DNA of 64,000 bases from an uncultured delta proteobacterium (GCA_963816395.1 CAWFKQ010000016.1:640001-704000); one strand, 5' to 3'. Counted from the stretch's first letter, positions 1-13,261 are shown. Made by a program: numbers and translations. Notes: generated by a model not told the origin, from the letters alone.

Positions 1-426
1 CTGCCCTTCGCCCGTCTCCTGGACCAGCAGACGAACGGCCTGGCGGGCAGTCTCCGGGGAAAGCAAGCGGCGCTCCCCCCCGTAGGCCCCACCTTCGGCA
101 TAACAGTAACGGCACCGAAGGTTGCAGTCCTGGGCCACTTCCAGCACCATGGTTTTCAGGGGAATGCCCTGTGGGTCCGGCGTCCCGGGAGAAGGCCGTC
201 TTCCGGCGCTGGTCGGCACCAGGAGACGGGCTTCCCGCAACCCGTCCAGGATCTCCCGGTCGGGTGCGGCAATCTGGTCCAGGTCCAGCGAGGCGTGTTC
301 TCCCCACCTTTGCAGGACCTCCCGGGTCGGCGGGTCGATGAAGAACAGGCTTCCTTGATCGACCCCGAAGAGGATAGCGCCATCGCCGGCAGCGAAGATT
401 CGATGGTCAGCCCACAGGTAGTTCAT
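1..426 (-). CDS. qhpD: Radical SAM maturase of quinohemoprotein amine dehydrogenase (QhpD/PeaB-like), runs off the window's left edge
   Basis: Not in the ORF track. Manual translation from ATG 426 gives MNYLWADHRIF...LKTMVLEVAQDCNLRCRYCYAEGG, a CxxxCxxC motif. It starts 2 nt after the qhpA stop and stays open to position 1. Confidence 0.8.
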   Translation of the reverse strand, partial: MNYLWADHRIFAAGDGAILFGVDQGSLFFIDPPTREVLQRWGEHASLDLDQIAAPDREILDGLREARLLVPTSAGRRPSPGTPDPQGIPLKTMVLEVAQDCNLRCRYCYAEGGAYGGERRLLSPETARQAVRLLVQETGEGQ

Positions 427-428
427 GA

Positions 429-1988
429 TTATTTAATCCTGGGGATATAGTCCGGATCGGTGATCACCAGCCGGGCCCGCGCCTCGTACTGATTGCCGCC
501 TCTCTGGTATTGCGCGTCGACGTACACCAGGCCAGTCGCTTCGGCATTGAATTTCCGGGACGGGATAGGTTCGTAGGTCGCCGCCGGCAGGTAGGTGCCG
601 TTGGCCTTGATGGCCCCCGCCCAGTGCAGATCGTCGTCATCGGGGCGGGTTGAGTCCTCACTCAGCTTGAAGGAAGCGGGCACCGGGCCCAGGACCACGT
701 CATCCGCAGGATCGGTGACATTGGCACCCTTGGAGTAGGCGAGGGCCTCGAACTGGACGCCTTCGGCCGGGAACTTGGCGCCGCCGGACAGTCTGGCGCG
801 GCCCAACTCCGGGGTAACAGCAATATAGTCGATTTTCGGCGCCAGAGTCAGGGTGCCGGCGGCAAGTCCCTGGACGCTGACGTCAGCCTGCTGGAGCCCC
901 TGCCCCCGGTAGACGACCTGCGCTTCGATCGTTTCCGGATTGATCCGTTTGGCGGAGAGGACCTCCACCGAGGAACCGTTGACCTTGATGCCGGAGGCAT
1001 CCACCGCCGGCAGGTTCACCCCCGCCAGCGTCAGGGTGGTGGTTTCGCCGCTGAGCAGGTAAGCCGGGCTGACCCCGAAGACCTGTGCCGACTTGCCGAC
1101 CCGGTACCAGGTGCTGACGGCGGTCTGATAATCCGGGGCGGGGAAGCTGCGCGCGCCACGCATGGTGTCGTTGGCCAGCGTGTAGGCCCCCAGGGACTCG
1201 TAGCCATCGTTCTGGAGGCGGGTACGCAGCGCATAGCCGCCGTAAAGGGTGGCGCTGCCGTTGAAATTCTCCTGGCTGCCATCGGCGAACTCCAGGGCGC
1301 CCACGACCGCATAATCGCCGCCGGCGGCTTTGATCGAGGCATGTCCGCGATAGTCGCCTTTGCCGGGCTCATGGCCCACAATTACCCAGGAGCCGACGGG
1401 CGTTGCCTTCGGCGCCTGCCAGGCCTTGCCGTAGGGCTGGGCTTTGGCTACCTGTCCGAGAACCGCGTCGGCCTCGGGGATCCAGCGCATTTCCCGCAGC
1501 TGGTAAACGACCGTCGGAAACATGTAGAGGTGGAAGTCGCGCAGCTTTTTCCATTGCGTTTCGGTCATGCGGTAGGAATGGATCTTCCCGGCGCTGTGGC
1601 AGCGCACGCACGTGACAAACAACTTCTCCGGATCGGTAGGCAGGGGCTGCTCAACGGTCTGCGGATTGTTTTGCAGATTCAGGTAGGCAACCTCATTGGC
1701 CTCCTGGATGGAAAGGCTTTGCGTCGAGCAGAGTTCCTTGAGCAGGATGTGTTTTTCGGCAGGTTTCAGATCCATGCCGTGCAGCCGGACCATGCGGTCG
1801 ACAATGACTTCCCACTCTTCGGGAGTGGTGCGGATATCTTCCACTTTGGCGAGTTTGCCCGCCTTCGCTTGGTGGCATCCGCTGCACTTCTTCAAGACCA
1901 GCGAATTGCCGCTGAAGGCCATGGCCCCCGGGGCGGCAACAGCCATCGCCAGCATCAATACCATCAGGGTTGTCAGCCTTTTTCCCAT
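429..1988 (-). CDS. qhpA: Quinohemoprotein amine dehydrogenase alpha subunit (di-heme c)
   Basis: Signal peptide, two CxxCH motifs (CSGCH, CVRCH), RTTPEEWEVIVDRMVRLHG segment typical of QHNDH alpha, Ig-like C-terminus. AGGAGG RBS before ATG 1988. Confidence 0.88.
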   Translation of the reverse strand: MGKRLTTLMVLMLAMAVAAPGAMAFSGNSLVLKKCSGCHQAKAGKLAKVEDIRTTPEEWEVIVDRMVRLHGMDLKPAEKHILLKELCSTQSLSIQEANEVAYLNLQNNPQTVEQPLPTDPEKLFVTCVRCHSAGKIHSYRMTETQWKKLRDFHLYMFPTVVYQLREMRWIPEADAVLGQVAKAQPYGKAWQAPKATPVGSWVIVGHEPGKGDYRGHASIKAAGGDYAVVGALEFADGSQENFNGSATLYGGYALRTRLQNDGYESLGAYTLANDTMRGARSFPAPDYQTAVSTWYRVGKSAQVFGVSPAYLLSGETTTLTLAGVNLPAVDASGIKVNGSSVEVLSAKRINPETIEAQVVYRGQGLQQADVSVQGLAAGTLTLAPKIDYIAVTPELGRARLSGGAKFPAEGVQFEALAYSKGANVTDPADDVVLGPVPASFKLSEDSTRPDDDDLHWAGAIKANGTYLPAATYEPIPSRKFNAEATGLVYVDAQYQRGGNQYEARARLVITDPDYIPRIK

Positions 1989-2048
1989 GAACTTGTACCT
2001 CCTGTGTGTTTTATGCTTCTTTTCTGCCGTCATGTGTCCTCCCCTGGA

Positions 2049-2897
2049 TTAAAATGCGTAAGCAAGGCGCACCCAGACGTCATCCCCTTCGGTGTCGTTT
2101 TTAGAGCTCACATCGTGGGTCCAGCGCAGGTTGACGCCGAGCTTTTCGGTAACCTGATAGCCGAGGGTCGGACCGACCTGCAGTCTCGTCGCCTTGGTGT
2201 CGGGGACGCTGTCGCCATCGACTTTGCCATTCTCCAGGTCCCAGTAGCCGCCGCCGTTGACCCCCAGTATCAGCTTGTCGGTGAGCTGGTAGGCCAGGCT
2301 GGCCTCCAATTCGAAACGCTGCGGAGGCCGGTAGTTGTTGTCGGGCTCTTCGAGGTGGTGGTAGTAGTTGAGATTCATGTCGTAAACGAACCCCTTCCAC
2401 AACTGCTCGAAGGCGATCTGATGCTCGAAATACCAGTTGTGCTGGCCCAGATTGATGGCCTGATTCTTGTCCCAGTCGCCGGTGGGCGCGGTAAGGTAAA
2501 GCCAGTAGGACAAGTAAGTGCCGCTCTTGTCGTTGTTGTAGAGAAAGATGGCGGGGCCGAAGGTGATGTCGCCGACCCCGGAGGATTTCTCATGCAGCAA
2601 CTTGCTCTCTTTGACCTCGCCCATGGGGACGATGAGCTGGAAGGCGAAGGGAAGCTTCCCTATGTGACGATAATAGAGGCCGCGCAGCACGGCCACCTTC
2701 GCCGTCAGGTCGACACTGACCGCCTTGTCGCCGTCCGAGTCGTTCAGCTGGTCGGCATGGTAGTAGTTGCCGTAGAGAAGTCCGTAAAGGCCGTCGGGAG
2801 GGAGGATGTTGTCGTAGGGGTCGATCAGGATCGCCCCGGCATTGCTGGCCCATTGAAATACCAGCCCCACAGATAAAATGATGATCAGTTTTTTCAT
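2049..2897 (-). CDS. Outer-membrane beta-barrel channel, SphA / phenol-MetA-degradation family
   Basis: Signal peptide, GVGDITFGP and APTGDWDK...NLG motifs, alternating aromatic strands, C-terminal YAF. AGGAGG RBS. Confidence 0.75.
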   Translation of the reverse strand: MKKLIIILSVGLVFQWASNAGAILIDPYDNILPPDGLYGLLYGNYYHADQLNDSDGDKAVSVDLTAKVAVLRGLYYRHIGKLPFAFQLIVPMGEVKESKLLHEKSSGVGDITFGPAIFLYNNDKSGTYLSYWLYLTAPTGDWDKNQAINLGQHNWYFEHQIAFEQLWKGFVYDMNLNYYHHLEEPDNNYRPPQRFELEASLAYQLTDKLILGVNGGGYWDLENGKVDGDSVPDTKATRLQVGPTLGYQVTEKLGVNLRWTHDVSSKNDTEGDDVWVRLAYAF

Positions 2898-2944
2898 GTA
2901 CCGTCCTCCTTGGAAAAAAATGGGTTTACTGGATGAGGTCATAT

Positions 2945-2960
2945 ATCAAACACTGTTCCA
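2945..2960 (-). promoter_or_regulatory. Putative sigma54 (-24/-12) promoter of the channel-qhp operon
   Basis: Minus strand reads TGGAACAGTGTTTGAT: GG-N10-GA, with a non-canonical -12. It lies about 50 bp upstream of ATG 2897, next to a GAFTGA activator gene. Confidence 0.5.
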
Positions 2961-3092
2961 TATAGTTTTCTTTTTCTCTTGGTGTGGACCTATTTTTTCT
3001 GTAAGCCAGCGAATAAATGGAAATAAAAAATATACTAATGTATAGAACGATGTTTTTTTCATATTAGAAGGTAATTAGAATTAGGGAGAAGT

Positions 3093-3141
3093 GGGACATG
3101 TTTGTCCCGTGTGTGGCGAGGGGGCGGGACATGTATGTCTC
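3093..3141. promoter_or_regulatory. Two palindromic upstream activator (enhancer) sites
   Basis: GGGACATGTTTGTCCC (3093-3108) and GGGACATGTATGTCTC (3126-3141), 33 bp apart, separated from the promoter by an AT-rich tract. Confidence 0.6.
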
Positions 3142-3182
3142 GCCGGGAGGCGGGAGGCGGGAGGGGCCGTGACCAGAATGTC

Positions 3183-4573
<1,391 letters not shown>

Positions 4574-4574
<1 letters not shown>

Positions 4575-6625
4575 TATTCTTCCCCGGCAGGAAACAGGAC
4601 GCGAAAACGGCATCCCTTGGGGCTGAGGTTCTGCACCTCGATTTTTCCATCATGCCCCTGGACAATGCTGTTGACCACTGCAAGACCGAGACCAGTTCCC
4701 TGCCCGACCTCCTTGGTGGTAAAGAAAGGATCGAAAATATGGGGCAGCACGTCCTCGGGAATGCCGGCCCCCTCATCTTCCACGGCGAGGACCAGGAAAG
4801 TGGCCTTGCCCTCGGAGATAAACTCAGTCGATACCCGTACTTCCCCCTCCTGGGCCTGGGCGGCGATGGCGTTGCCCAGCAGGTTCCAGAGGATCTGTTT
4901 GAAGCCGGACTGATCGAGATCGATTTTTCGGGGCTTTTCATCGAGGGAGAGACGCAGTTCGATCCCGTGGGCGCGCGCTTCATGACAGGCCATATCGGTG
5001 ACGTCCTGCACCAGGAGGTTCGGATTCACCCTCGTTCTGACCACGCTCTGCAGCCGGGAAAGATCCAGAAGGTTGCGCATCTTCTCCTGTATCCTTTCGA
5101 TTTCCTTCATGATTTTTTCCAGATTGCCTGAGGCCCCGGCGGGAAGCCCGGAGCGCAGCAGCAGCTGGGTATAGGTGGAAATGGTGGCCAGCGGGTTGTT
5201 GACCTCATGCGCAACGCCGGCGGCCAGGCGCCCGACGGCGGTCAGCTTGCGTCCCTGTTCCACTTCCGCGTAGGCCCGCTTGAGCTCCTTCTTTTTCTCC
5301 TGAAGGCTTTCCGCCATGCTGTTGAGCGCCTGGGCCAGCTCACCGAACTCCGACCCCTCTTCCCGCACCCGATGGGCCAGGTTCCCCTTGGCAAACTCAC
5401 GGATGCCTCCGAGAAGGGTGCGCAGGCCTCTGGACTGGTGGACCAGCACCAGATACCCCAGGGTCGCCAGCGCCAGCATGGCAAAAACCAGCACGTGGAC
5501 AAAGTTGCGGCGGGTCCGTTCGGCTTCCCCGAAGATGGCATGCGCCTTCTCGTTGGCCGGGTCGATCAGGTCACTTTCCGGCACCAGCAGAACTATCCGC
5601 CATCCCAACGGCTCCAGTGAGGCATACCCGACAAAAGATCTGATCTTATCGATTTCAACGATGTCCACACCGACCTTGGCGTCCGGTTTTTTCCCCAGCA
5701 CCAGTTTCCCCGTTTCAGACAGGTTCGCCAGCTCCAGATTAAGACCGTGCGGAGCGACTCCGGGTTCCAGGCCGAGGGCAGCAAGCGGCAGGTTCTTCGA
5801 GGCAGCGAGGACTTCATTGTCGGATAGCAGCACGGAACTCGAGTTTTTGGTCAGCCGGACTCGGCTGATGTCCTGCAGGATCTTTTCCACGGTGATATCG
5901 ATCCCCACCGTGGCCACGTGTTCGCCGTGGACGAAGACGGGTGAGAGGCAGGAAATCATGCTGTCGCCGCTCAGGGGATCGGTATAGAGCGGGGTGAAGA
6001 TCTCCTTGCCCGAGGGATTGTGCTTGAGGTCGGCAAGGAAGTAAAAAGGCCAGGCGGTCACATCCCGGTCCCTGGGCAGAAGTTTGAAATCCCGCCACGG
6101 ATAGGTGCGCGAGAGGCCGTCCTTGTGGATGAACCAGCCGAGAACCATTCTCGGTTCCGACTGCGCCAGGGGCTTCAGCAGCGTGTCCAGGCCCTCCGTT
6201 GCGGAAATCAGCGGATCCTGGGAGGGATCATGGTTCTGCGCAAACAGCCGGGAGTTTCCGTCGTCGAGCGGATTGCCGTAGATGCCTTCTCCGTCATAGA
6301 CGTAGTGGCTTCCGTTGCGGAAGAGGAAATGGGAGGGGTCCTCGACCATCGGCTCCGCGAGGGAGCCGAGCAGGTGGACTTCTTCCATGATTTTGGAAAA
6401 TTCCGCCGAAATTTCACCCGCCTGCTGGGCTAGATGATGTTTCATGTAGCTTATCTGAGAGGAGACCAGGGCGTTGCGGGCTTCCTGGAGCGAGACGCTC
6501 TTGATGGTTCGGAGATGCCGGAAGGTGAGATTGGACATGATGCCGATGGGAACGCCCCAGAGGACGATCGCACCAAGGATGATTTTGCAGGTCAGTCGCC
6601 TTTTGATCCAGAAATTCAGTGCCAT
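4574..6625 (-). CDS. Sensor histidine kinase with periplasmic Cache-type domain and HAMP
   Basis: Two TM segments, WPFYF...TPLYTDP Cache-like segment, AHEVNNPL H-box, [26 protein letters not shown]. Confidence 0.92.
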
Positions 6626-6703
6626 AGGATTCGCATCTGCAGTGCACGAGACCGGGCAATGGGGGAGCGGAAAATAATCCCGCTCTTCCCGCCCAGGTGT
6701 GTG

Positions 6704-7531
6704 CTAAGAACTGCTCGAGGAGGGGAGATTCAGCCCGTCCGCGCAGGGCAATCGCGCCACGAAGCGGGCGATCGCCTGGAGGGTAGCCTCCGGTTGGTCG
6801 CGAAAAGGGGAATGGCCGCATTCGGGCAAGAGGAGGATTTCTGCTCCCTCCGGCAACCGGCGGTCGATGGTCTCCAGTTGCCGTAGGGTGCCATAATTGT
6901 CGTCCTCGCCCTGGAGCAGAAGAACCGGTACCGCGATCTCCGGCAGAAAACGTTCGAGATTCCAGTCCCGGAAACGGGGGTCGAGCCATGCCCGATTCCA
7001 GCCCATGAAGGCACAATCGACATTTTCCCCGTGATACCGGCTCAGGCGCTCGCGCAGATCGGTTTTTTCGTACGCTTCCCGCGCGGCGCGGATGCTGTCG
7101 ATGGTGAGGTCTTCGACAAAGACGTGGGGTGCCATCAGCACCAGCCCCCGCAGCCGCGCATCCCGGGCGCCGCCGGCATGGATCAGGGCAATCGAGGCGC
7201 CATCGCTGTGCCCCACCAGCACGGCCTCCTGCACCCCGGCGGCATCCAGCACCCTGGGCAGAACCGCGAGCCCCTCGGTATGCATGAAGGAAAGGGGGCG
7301 GGGCAGCGGGCAGGGCGTCGACCTGCCGTACCCCGCCCGGCTGTACGCCAGCACTCCGCAACCGGTTGCCGCGGCGACCTGCTCGGGGAAATCCTTCCAC
7401 AGGGACACGCAACCGAGGCCCTCATGGAGAAGAATCAGGGTGGGTGCCTCCCCGGGGGGCGGACCCAGGGACCGGAACTCCAGCGAAGTGTCGTTAACCT
7501 CGAAAAAACCACTCTTCATCCGCAAGACCAC
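6704..7531 (-). CDS. Alpha/beta hydrolase
   Basis: LLHEGLG oxyanion motif, GHSDG nucleophile elbow, QGEDD, CGHSP. Confidence 0.88.
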   Translation of the reverse strand: MVLRMKSGFFEVNDTSLEFRSLGPPPGEAPTLILLHEGLGCVSLWKDFPEQVAAATGCGVLAYSRAGYGRSTPCPLPRPLSFMHTEGLAVLPRVLDAAGVQEAVLVGHSDGASIALIHAGGARDARLRGLVLMAPHVFVEDLTIDSIRAAREAYEKTDLRERLSRYHGENVDCAFMGWNRAWLDPRFRDWNLERFLPEIAVPVLLLQGEDDNYGTLRQLETIDRRLPEGAEILLLPECGHSPFRDQPEATLQAIARFVARLPCADGLNLPSSSSS

Positions 7532-8000
7532 AACTCCTGTCTTTGTTACTGTTTTGGCGATGAATTCTAGGCCATATCGGTGTTTTATTCAAGTATCAAA
7601 GGAATTGGCCGGCCGCCCTGGCCAAGATGGAAAAATCGATTGACATCCGAGCACTTGTTGACAAAAATAAAACAAGTGGATTATTCTTCAAAAAAGTAAA
7701 TAGGCACTTTTATACCGATTAATTTTCGGCCGGGACCGGCGAGATTCTGAAAAGTTCTTTCATTCATGCTAACTTGCAGTCCACTCGCGAAAGGGTGCGG
7801 AACGGTCTGGGAGCACTCTCCCGCTAAACAGCTCGGTGCAGACGATCGGCGGCAGGGTGGTCGCAATTAAAAAACAAATCTCATTTTAGCAGGTTTGCGA
7901 TAACGGAAAATCAGGCTGCGCCCCGATCGGAACGGATGCTCGGGCCGGTGCATGGATCGATGACAACCAGGATGATTCCTGTCGATAAGGAGAAGAAACG

Positions 8001-9660
<1,660 letters not shown>

Positions 9661-9719
9661 GCAGCGGCCTGCCTCCAGCCGGCGGTCCAGCCAGGTTGCT
9701 GAAGAGCCGCCGCCCTCAA

Positions 9720-9855
9720 GATGGCATGGCTAAGCAAAAAGCGCCGAAACGCAAGGCGCGCAGATCTCGTCGAGCATGAGGCGAATACTGGAAAATCGAA
9801 CGCTGACGAGGGCAATTGAGGGCAACGCCGCAGATGGGTCTTACCGGACGAAGTC
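9720..9855. repeat. Degenerate copy of a deltaproteobacterial intergenic MITE-like repeat
   Basis: GCAAGGCGCGCAGATC...GAGGCG...TGACGAG...GCAACGCCGCAGATGG, between convergent genes. Recognised from memory of Geobacter/Desulfo repeats; not searched. Confidence 0.45.
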
Positions 9856-9875
9856 TCGGGAGGCTGGCCCGGCTC

Positions 9876-10217
9876 CTAATCTTTCCTGTTCAGATAATCC
9901 CCGAGAAGCCCACGGCTGTGTTCATCATCATGGCAGTAGATGCAAAGATTTTCCCAGTTGCTGCCATCGGGAGGATTGTTGTGATGATTGCCATCCTTGT
10001 GATGGACGGTAAGCAGGTGGACATTCTGCCGGTCGAACTCCCGGCCGCACTTGGCGCAGATCAATCCATGAATTTTTAGCGATTTTTCCCGGTAATTTTC
10101 ATTGGCCTCCTGATCCCCCCGCATTCGCCGCACCAGCGCATCGGCCTCTTCGGCAGAAATCGGTTTCACTTCACGGGGTTGTCCCCGCCGGCGGTGCCTG
10201 TTGAATGCTGCGCTCAT
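9876..10217 (-). CDS. yajD: YajD-family HNH nuclease
   Basis: YREKSLKIHGLICAKCGREF...LTVHHKDGNHHNNPPDGSNWENLCIYCHDDEH. Confidence 0.85.
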   Translation of the reverse strand: MSAAFNRHRRRGQPREVKPISAEEADALVRRMRGDQEANENYREKSLKIHGLICAKCGREFDRQNVHLLTVHHKDGNHHNNPPDGSNWENLCIYCHDDEHSRGLLGDYLNRKD

Positions 10218-10350
10218 TTGGTGCCTCCCTGTCCCGGATCCGGATTAATCCTGTTTTCCATTCTACTACAAAGTGAAGCCGTCCCCCTATCCCCCCGGTT
10301 CGGCGGGGGAGTGGGGGAGGCGGTGTGGACCGCCTCCTTCCGGGTGCTGG

Positions 10351-10962
10351 CTAGCGGACGCTGAACGTGGTCTCCCGCGAATCCTGGGAGTTCGGCGTGC
10401 TGATGGTCGTCACGACATTATAGGTTCCCTTCGGCGCATCCTTGGGCAGGTAGAGCGGCACGGATGACTGGTAGGTCCCGGCGTCATGGGAGATCTGCAG
10501 CTGCGGGCTGCCGACCAGTTGGTTGTTGTGCTTGATCTGGTAGGCTTCGGTCACCTTGACGGGAGCATTCGAGGTGGGGGACAGCACGGCATAGGTGCTT
10601 TTGAGCTCGACTTTGTCCCCCGGGTTGACGCTGTCGGGTGTGGTGGAGGTATCTTCGATCCGCACCTTGGTCCCCTCGGAGGGCTGATAGTTGTATTTCT
10701 GTGCAGTCTGATCGGCGGACTTCTCTTTATCGATGGTGTAGTTGCCGATCGCCCCACCGACCAGGGCACCGGCCAGGCCGCCGAGAAGTGCTCCCTCGAC
10801 ACGGGAGCCGCCGCCCGCCAGCACGGCGCCGGCCAGGGCACCGGTTGCCGCGCCGACCCCGGCGCCCTTCGCCGCTCCCTGGTGCTCCTCGGGGACGGCG
10901 GAGCAGCCGGCTGCCGCGAGGAAAACGATAAGGGTCACTATCGCTGTAAATCGCATCTTCAT
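10351..10962 (-). CDS. Glycine-zipper lipoprotein
   Basis: Lipobox-like LAAAGC, then GAGVGAATGALAG...GGLAGALVGGAIG. GGAGG RBS. Confidence 0.8.
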   Translation of the reverse strand: MKMRFTAIVTLIVFLAAAGCSAVPEEHQGAAKGAGVGAATGALAGAVLAGGGSRVEGALLGGLAGALVGGAIGNYTIDKEKSADQTAQKYNYQPSEGTKVRIEDTSTTPDSVNPGDKVELKSTYAVLSPTSNAPVKVTEAYQIKHNNQLVGSPQLQISHDAGTYQSSVPLYLPKDAPKGTYNVVTTISTPNSQDSRETTFSVR

Positions 10963-11148
10963 TTTGCACCTCCAGCTGGAAATGTGTTGTCTCTAACATA
11001 TTGAGTATTGCACGGACGGCGCCATTTGCAATCATCAGGCCAGGGCCACATTTGCCGGCGTGTGGAAGGCGGTGCTATGCTTTAATTCCAGGGATGGGAA
11101 GTGGTGGGGAAAAGCGGCCCGCCGGGCCGAAGAAAAGGGAGAGAAGCA

Positions 11149-11379
11149 ATGAAAGTTAAAGAGATATTCAAATGCGAACGCTGCGGCGTCATCGGCGGCT
11201 CTTCGGATCACCTATGCAAACCGCACGCCCTGGCCGGCAAGGGGGATTACTGCGGCCAGCCCGTCGAAGAGAGCGGGTCGGTGTGCGCCTCGATGATCAA
11301 GACCCTCGATTACGAATGTGAGACCTGCGGCCGGCCGACGGAAGATCCGGCGATGGTCTGCCGGCCCGTGCGCATCTGA
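11149..11379 (+). CDS. Small Cys-rich protein with internal duplication (putative metal binding)
   Basis: FKCERCG..HLCKP and YECETCG..MVCRP. RBS present; followed by hairpin GGCAGCC-GCAG-GGCTGCC and a T-run. Confidence 0.7.
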   Translation: MKVKEIFKCERCGVIGGSSDHLCKPHALAGKGDYCGQPVEESGSVCASMIKTLDYECETCGRPTEDPAMVCRPVRI

Positions 11380-11571
11380 GAAACGGCTGTTTACCGGCAG
11401 CCGCAGGGCTGCCTCCTTTTTGCCGAGGCATGATAGCGCCTTTGCCCGCGGAGAAACAGGCTTTGTGCCGGCGGAAAGAGAAGCGGCTGACTTTCCCGGC
11501 CCGGGAAAAGGCGGCAACGGGAGTCAGCTGCCGAGAGTCCGAGCCGGTATCATCGAAGCGATTGGCCCTCG

Positions 11572-11998
11572 TCAGATGGCGATTGGGGGTCCTTTGGCCT
11601 TTGGCTGGGTGGGGTAACCCGCCCTGACCCAGGCTGGCCATCCTCCCTTCAGGGCATAGACCGTGGTGAAGCCCTTTTCCATCAGTATCCGTGCCAGACC
11701 GGCACTGGTCGCCTCATCCGGATCAGGAGCAGTAGAGGACCAGGGTGGCGTCTTTGGGGTACTTGGCCGCCCAGTCGATCCGCCGCGGGTCCTCGCGGAT
11801 CGCCCCCGGAATCTGGGCGTCGCTGTTCTCCCAGTCCTCGGGGATGCGCACGTCCAGCACGAAGATTTCCGGATCGGTCAGCCTTGCCCGCAGTTCCTCG
11901 ACCGGCATCCGCGGCGCCTCCTGGCTTGCGGCCGGAGATACGGCGCCCCCGAGGAAGATCAGCAGCAGGGGGAGAACCCACTTCCACAATTTCTTCAT
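11572..11998 (-). CDS. Secreted rhodanese-related protein, probable selenoprotein (UGA at 11723-11725; one extra base just after it)
   Basis: LDVR...IPGAIR...LVLYCS-TGA. In the shifted frame the rhodanese C-half continues as PDEATSAGLARILMEKGFTTVYALKGGWPAWVRAGYP to a stop at 11572. Confidence 0.72.
11686..11722 (-). promoter_or_regulatory. Putative bacterial SECIS element
   Basis: Hairpin GTGCC-GGTCT-GGCAC (11705-11691). Its G-starting loop begins 22 nt after the UGA; TCC/GGA could form a lower stem. Confidence 0.55.
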
Positions 11999-12118
11999 GG
12001 TACCGCCCTTTCCTGCTCGTCATCCGCCTACAACTAAATGTTTACCATTCTTTTCATGCACTGCCAGGCCCGGACCGCAACCTGATAGCCGAAAGCATCG
12101 CCCCCGTCAGGTCGAAAT

Positions 12119-13261
12119 TCACCCCGGTGTCCCTACCACCCCCCTGGCCGCCGGCGCCAGCGGCACCAATTCGTACTTCCGGCTACCCAGCCCCATTTTC
12201 TCGGCGTGCGCCAGCTGGATCTGCCAGTCGACCTGCGGATAGAGCCCGCGGAATTTGTCACCGCCCGGCTCATGCCCACTCTTCAGGGCGGTACCGGGCA
12301 GGCCGTGGGCGCTGTTGACCAGGTCGGCGCTGGCCTGATCGATGGCCACCGGGTCGGTGGAGACGAGAATCCCCTGATCGGCGACAATCGGCGCGTCGGA
12401 GTGGCTGTAACAGTCGCAGGAGGGGGAGACCTGGGTGACGAAGTTGACGAAAAGCGCCTTGCCTTCCTTGCCGTGCAGCGCCCCCTTGGCATACTCGGCC
12501 ATCTTCTTCATCATTTGCGGGCCTTCCTCGTTCCACTGGATCCTGATCGCCAGCTCCTCGCACACGTTAACGCAGCGGCCGCAGCCGACGCAGCGCGCCG
12601 GATCGATCCGCGCCTTCCCCTCGATGAAGGCAATGGCGTCGTGGATGCAGGCCTTGCGGCAGACGCCGCAGGCGGTGCAGTTCGCCTCCGCCACCACCGG
12701 GGCAACGGTCGAATGCTGCTCCAGTTTCCCCTCCCGGCTGCTGCAGCCCATCCCCAGGTTCTTCAGGGCGCCGCCGAAGCCGGTCAGGTCGTGGCCTTTG
12801 AAATGGGAGACGGTCAGGAGAGCGTCGGCTTCCAGGATACCCAGGGCGATATCCACCTGCTGCAGAATTTCCCCTGCTACCGGCACCCGACGGGCGGCAT
12901 GGCCGCGCAGCCCGTCGCACATGATCAGCGGCGCATCGACCACGGCATAGGCGAATCCGTTCTCGATGCCGCAGGAGAGGGCGGAGACCGCCTCCTTGCG
13001 TTCGCCGGGATACAGGGTAGAGGAATCGGTGAGGAACGGCTTGCCGCCGAGGACCCTGGTCCGCTCGACGATCCGCCGCAGGAAAGTCGGGCGAATATAG
13101 GCATGCCCCCCCCGCTCCCCGAAATGGACCTTGATCGCCGTCAAGTCGCCGCGCCTGACGATCTGCTCGATACCGGCCGCGTCGAGCAGACGAAGCAGCT
13201 TGGTGAACAGGTTCTCCCGATGCACTACCCGCAGGTCGGCAAAATGAACAGTGCTGCGCAT
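12119..13261 (-). CDS. DUF362 family protein with 2x[4Fe-4S] ferredoxin domain
   Basis: AIKVHFGE, SHFKGH..GFGGALKNLGMGC, CTACGVCRKAC, CVGCGRCVNVC, CDC, STDPVAIDQAS. Confidence 0.88.
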   Translation of the reverse strand: MRSTVHFADLRVVHRENLFTKLLRLLDAAGIEQIVRRGDLTAIKVHFGERGGHAYIRPTFLRRIVERTRVLGGKPFLTDSSTLYPGERKEAVSALSCGIENGFAYAVVDAPLIMCDGLRGHAARRVPVAGEILQQVDIALGILEADALLTVSHFKGHDLTGFGGALKNLGMGCSSREGKLEQHSTVAPVVAEANCTACGVCRKACIHDAIAFIEGKARIDPARCVGCGRCVNVCEELAIRIQWNEEGPQMMKKMAEYAKGALHGKEGKALFVNFVTQVSPSCDCYSHSDAPIVADQGILVSTDPVAIDQASADLVNSAHGLPGTALKSGHEPGGDKFRGLYPQVDWQIQLAHAEKMGLGSRKYELVPLAPAARGVVGTPG

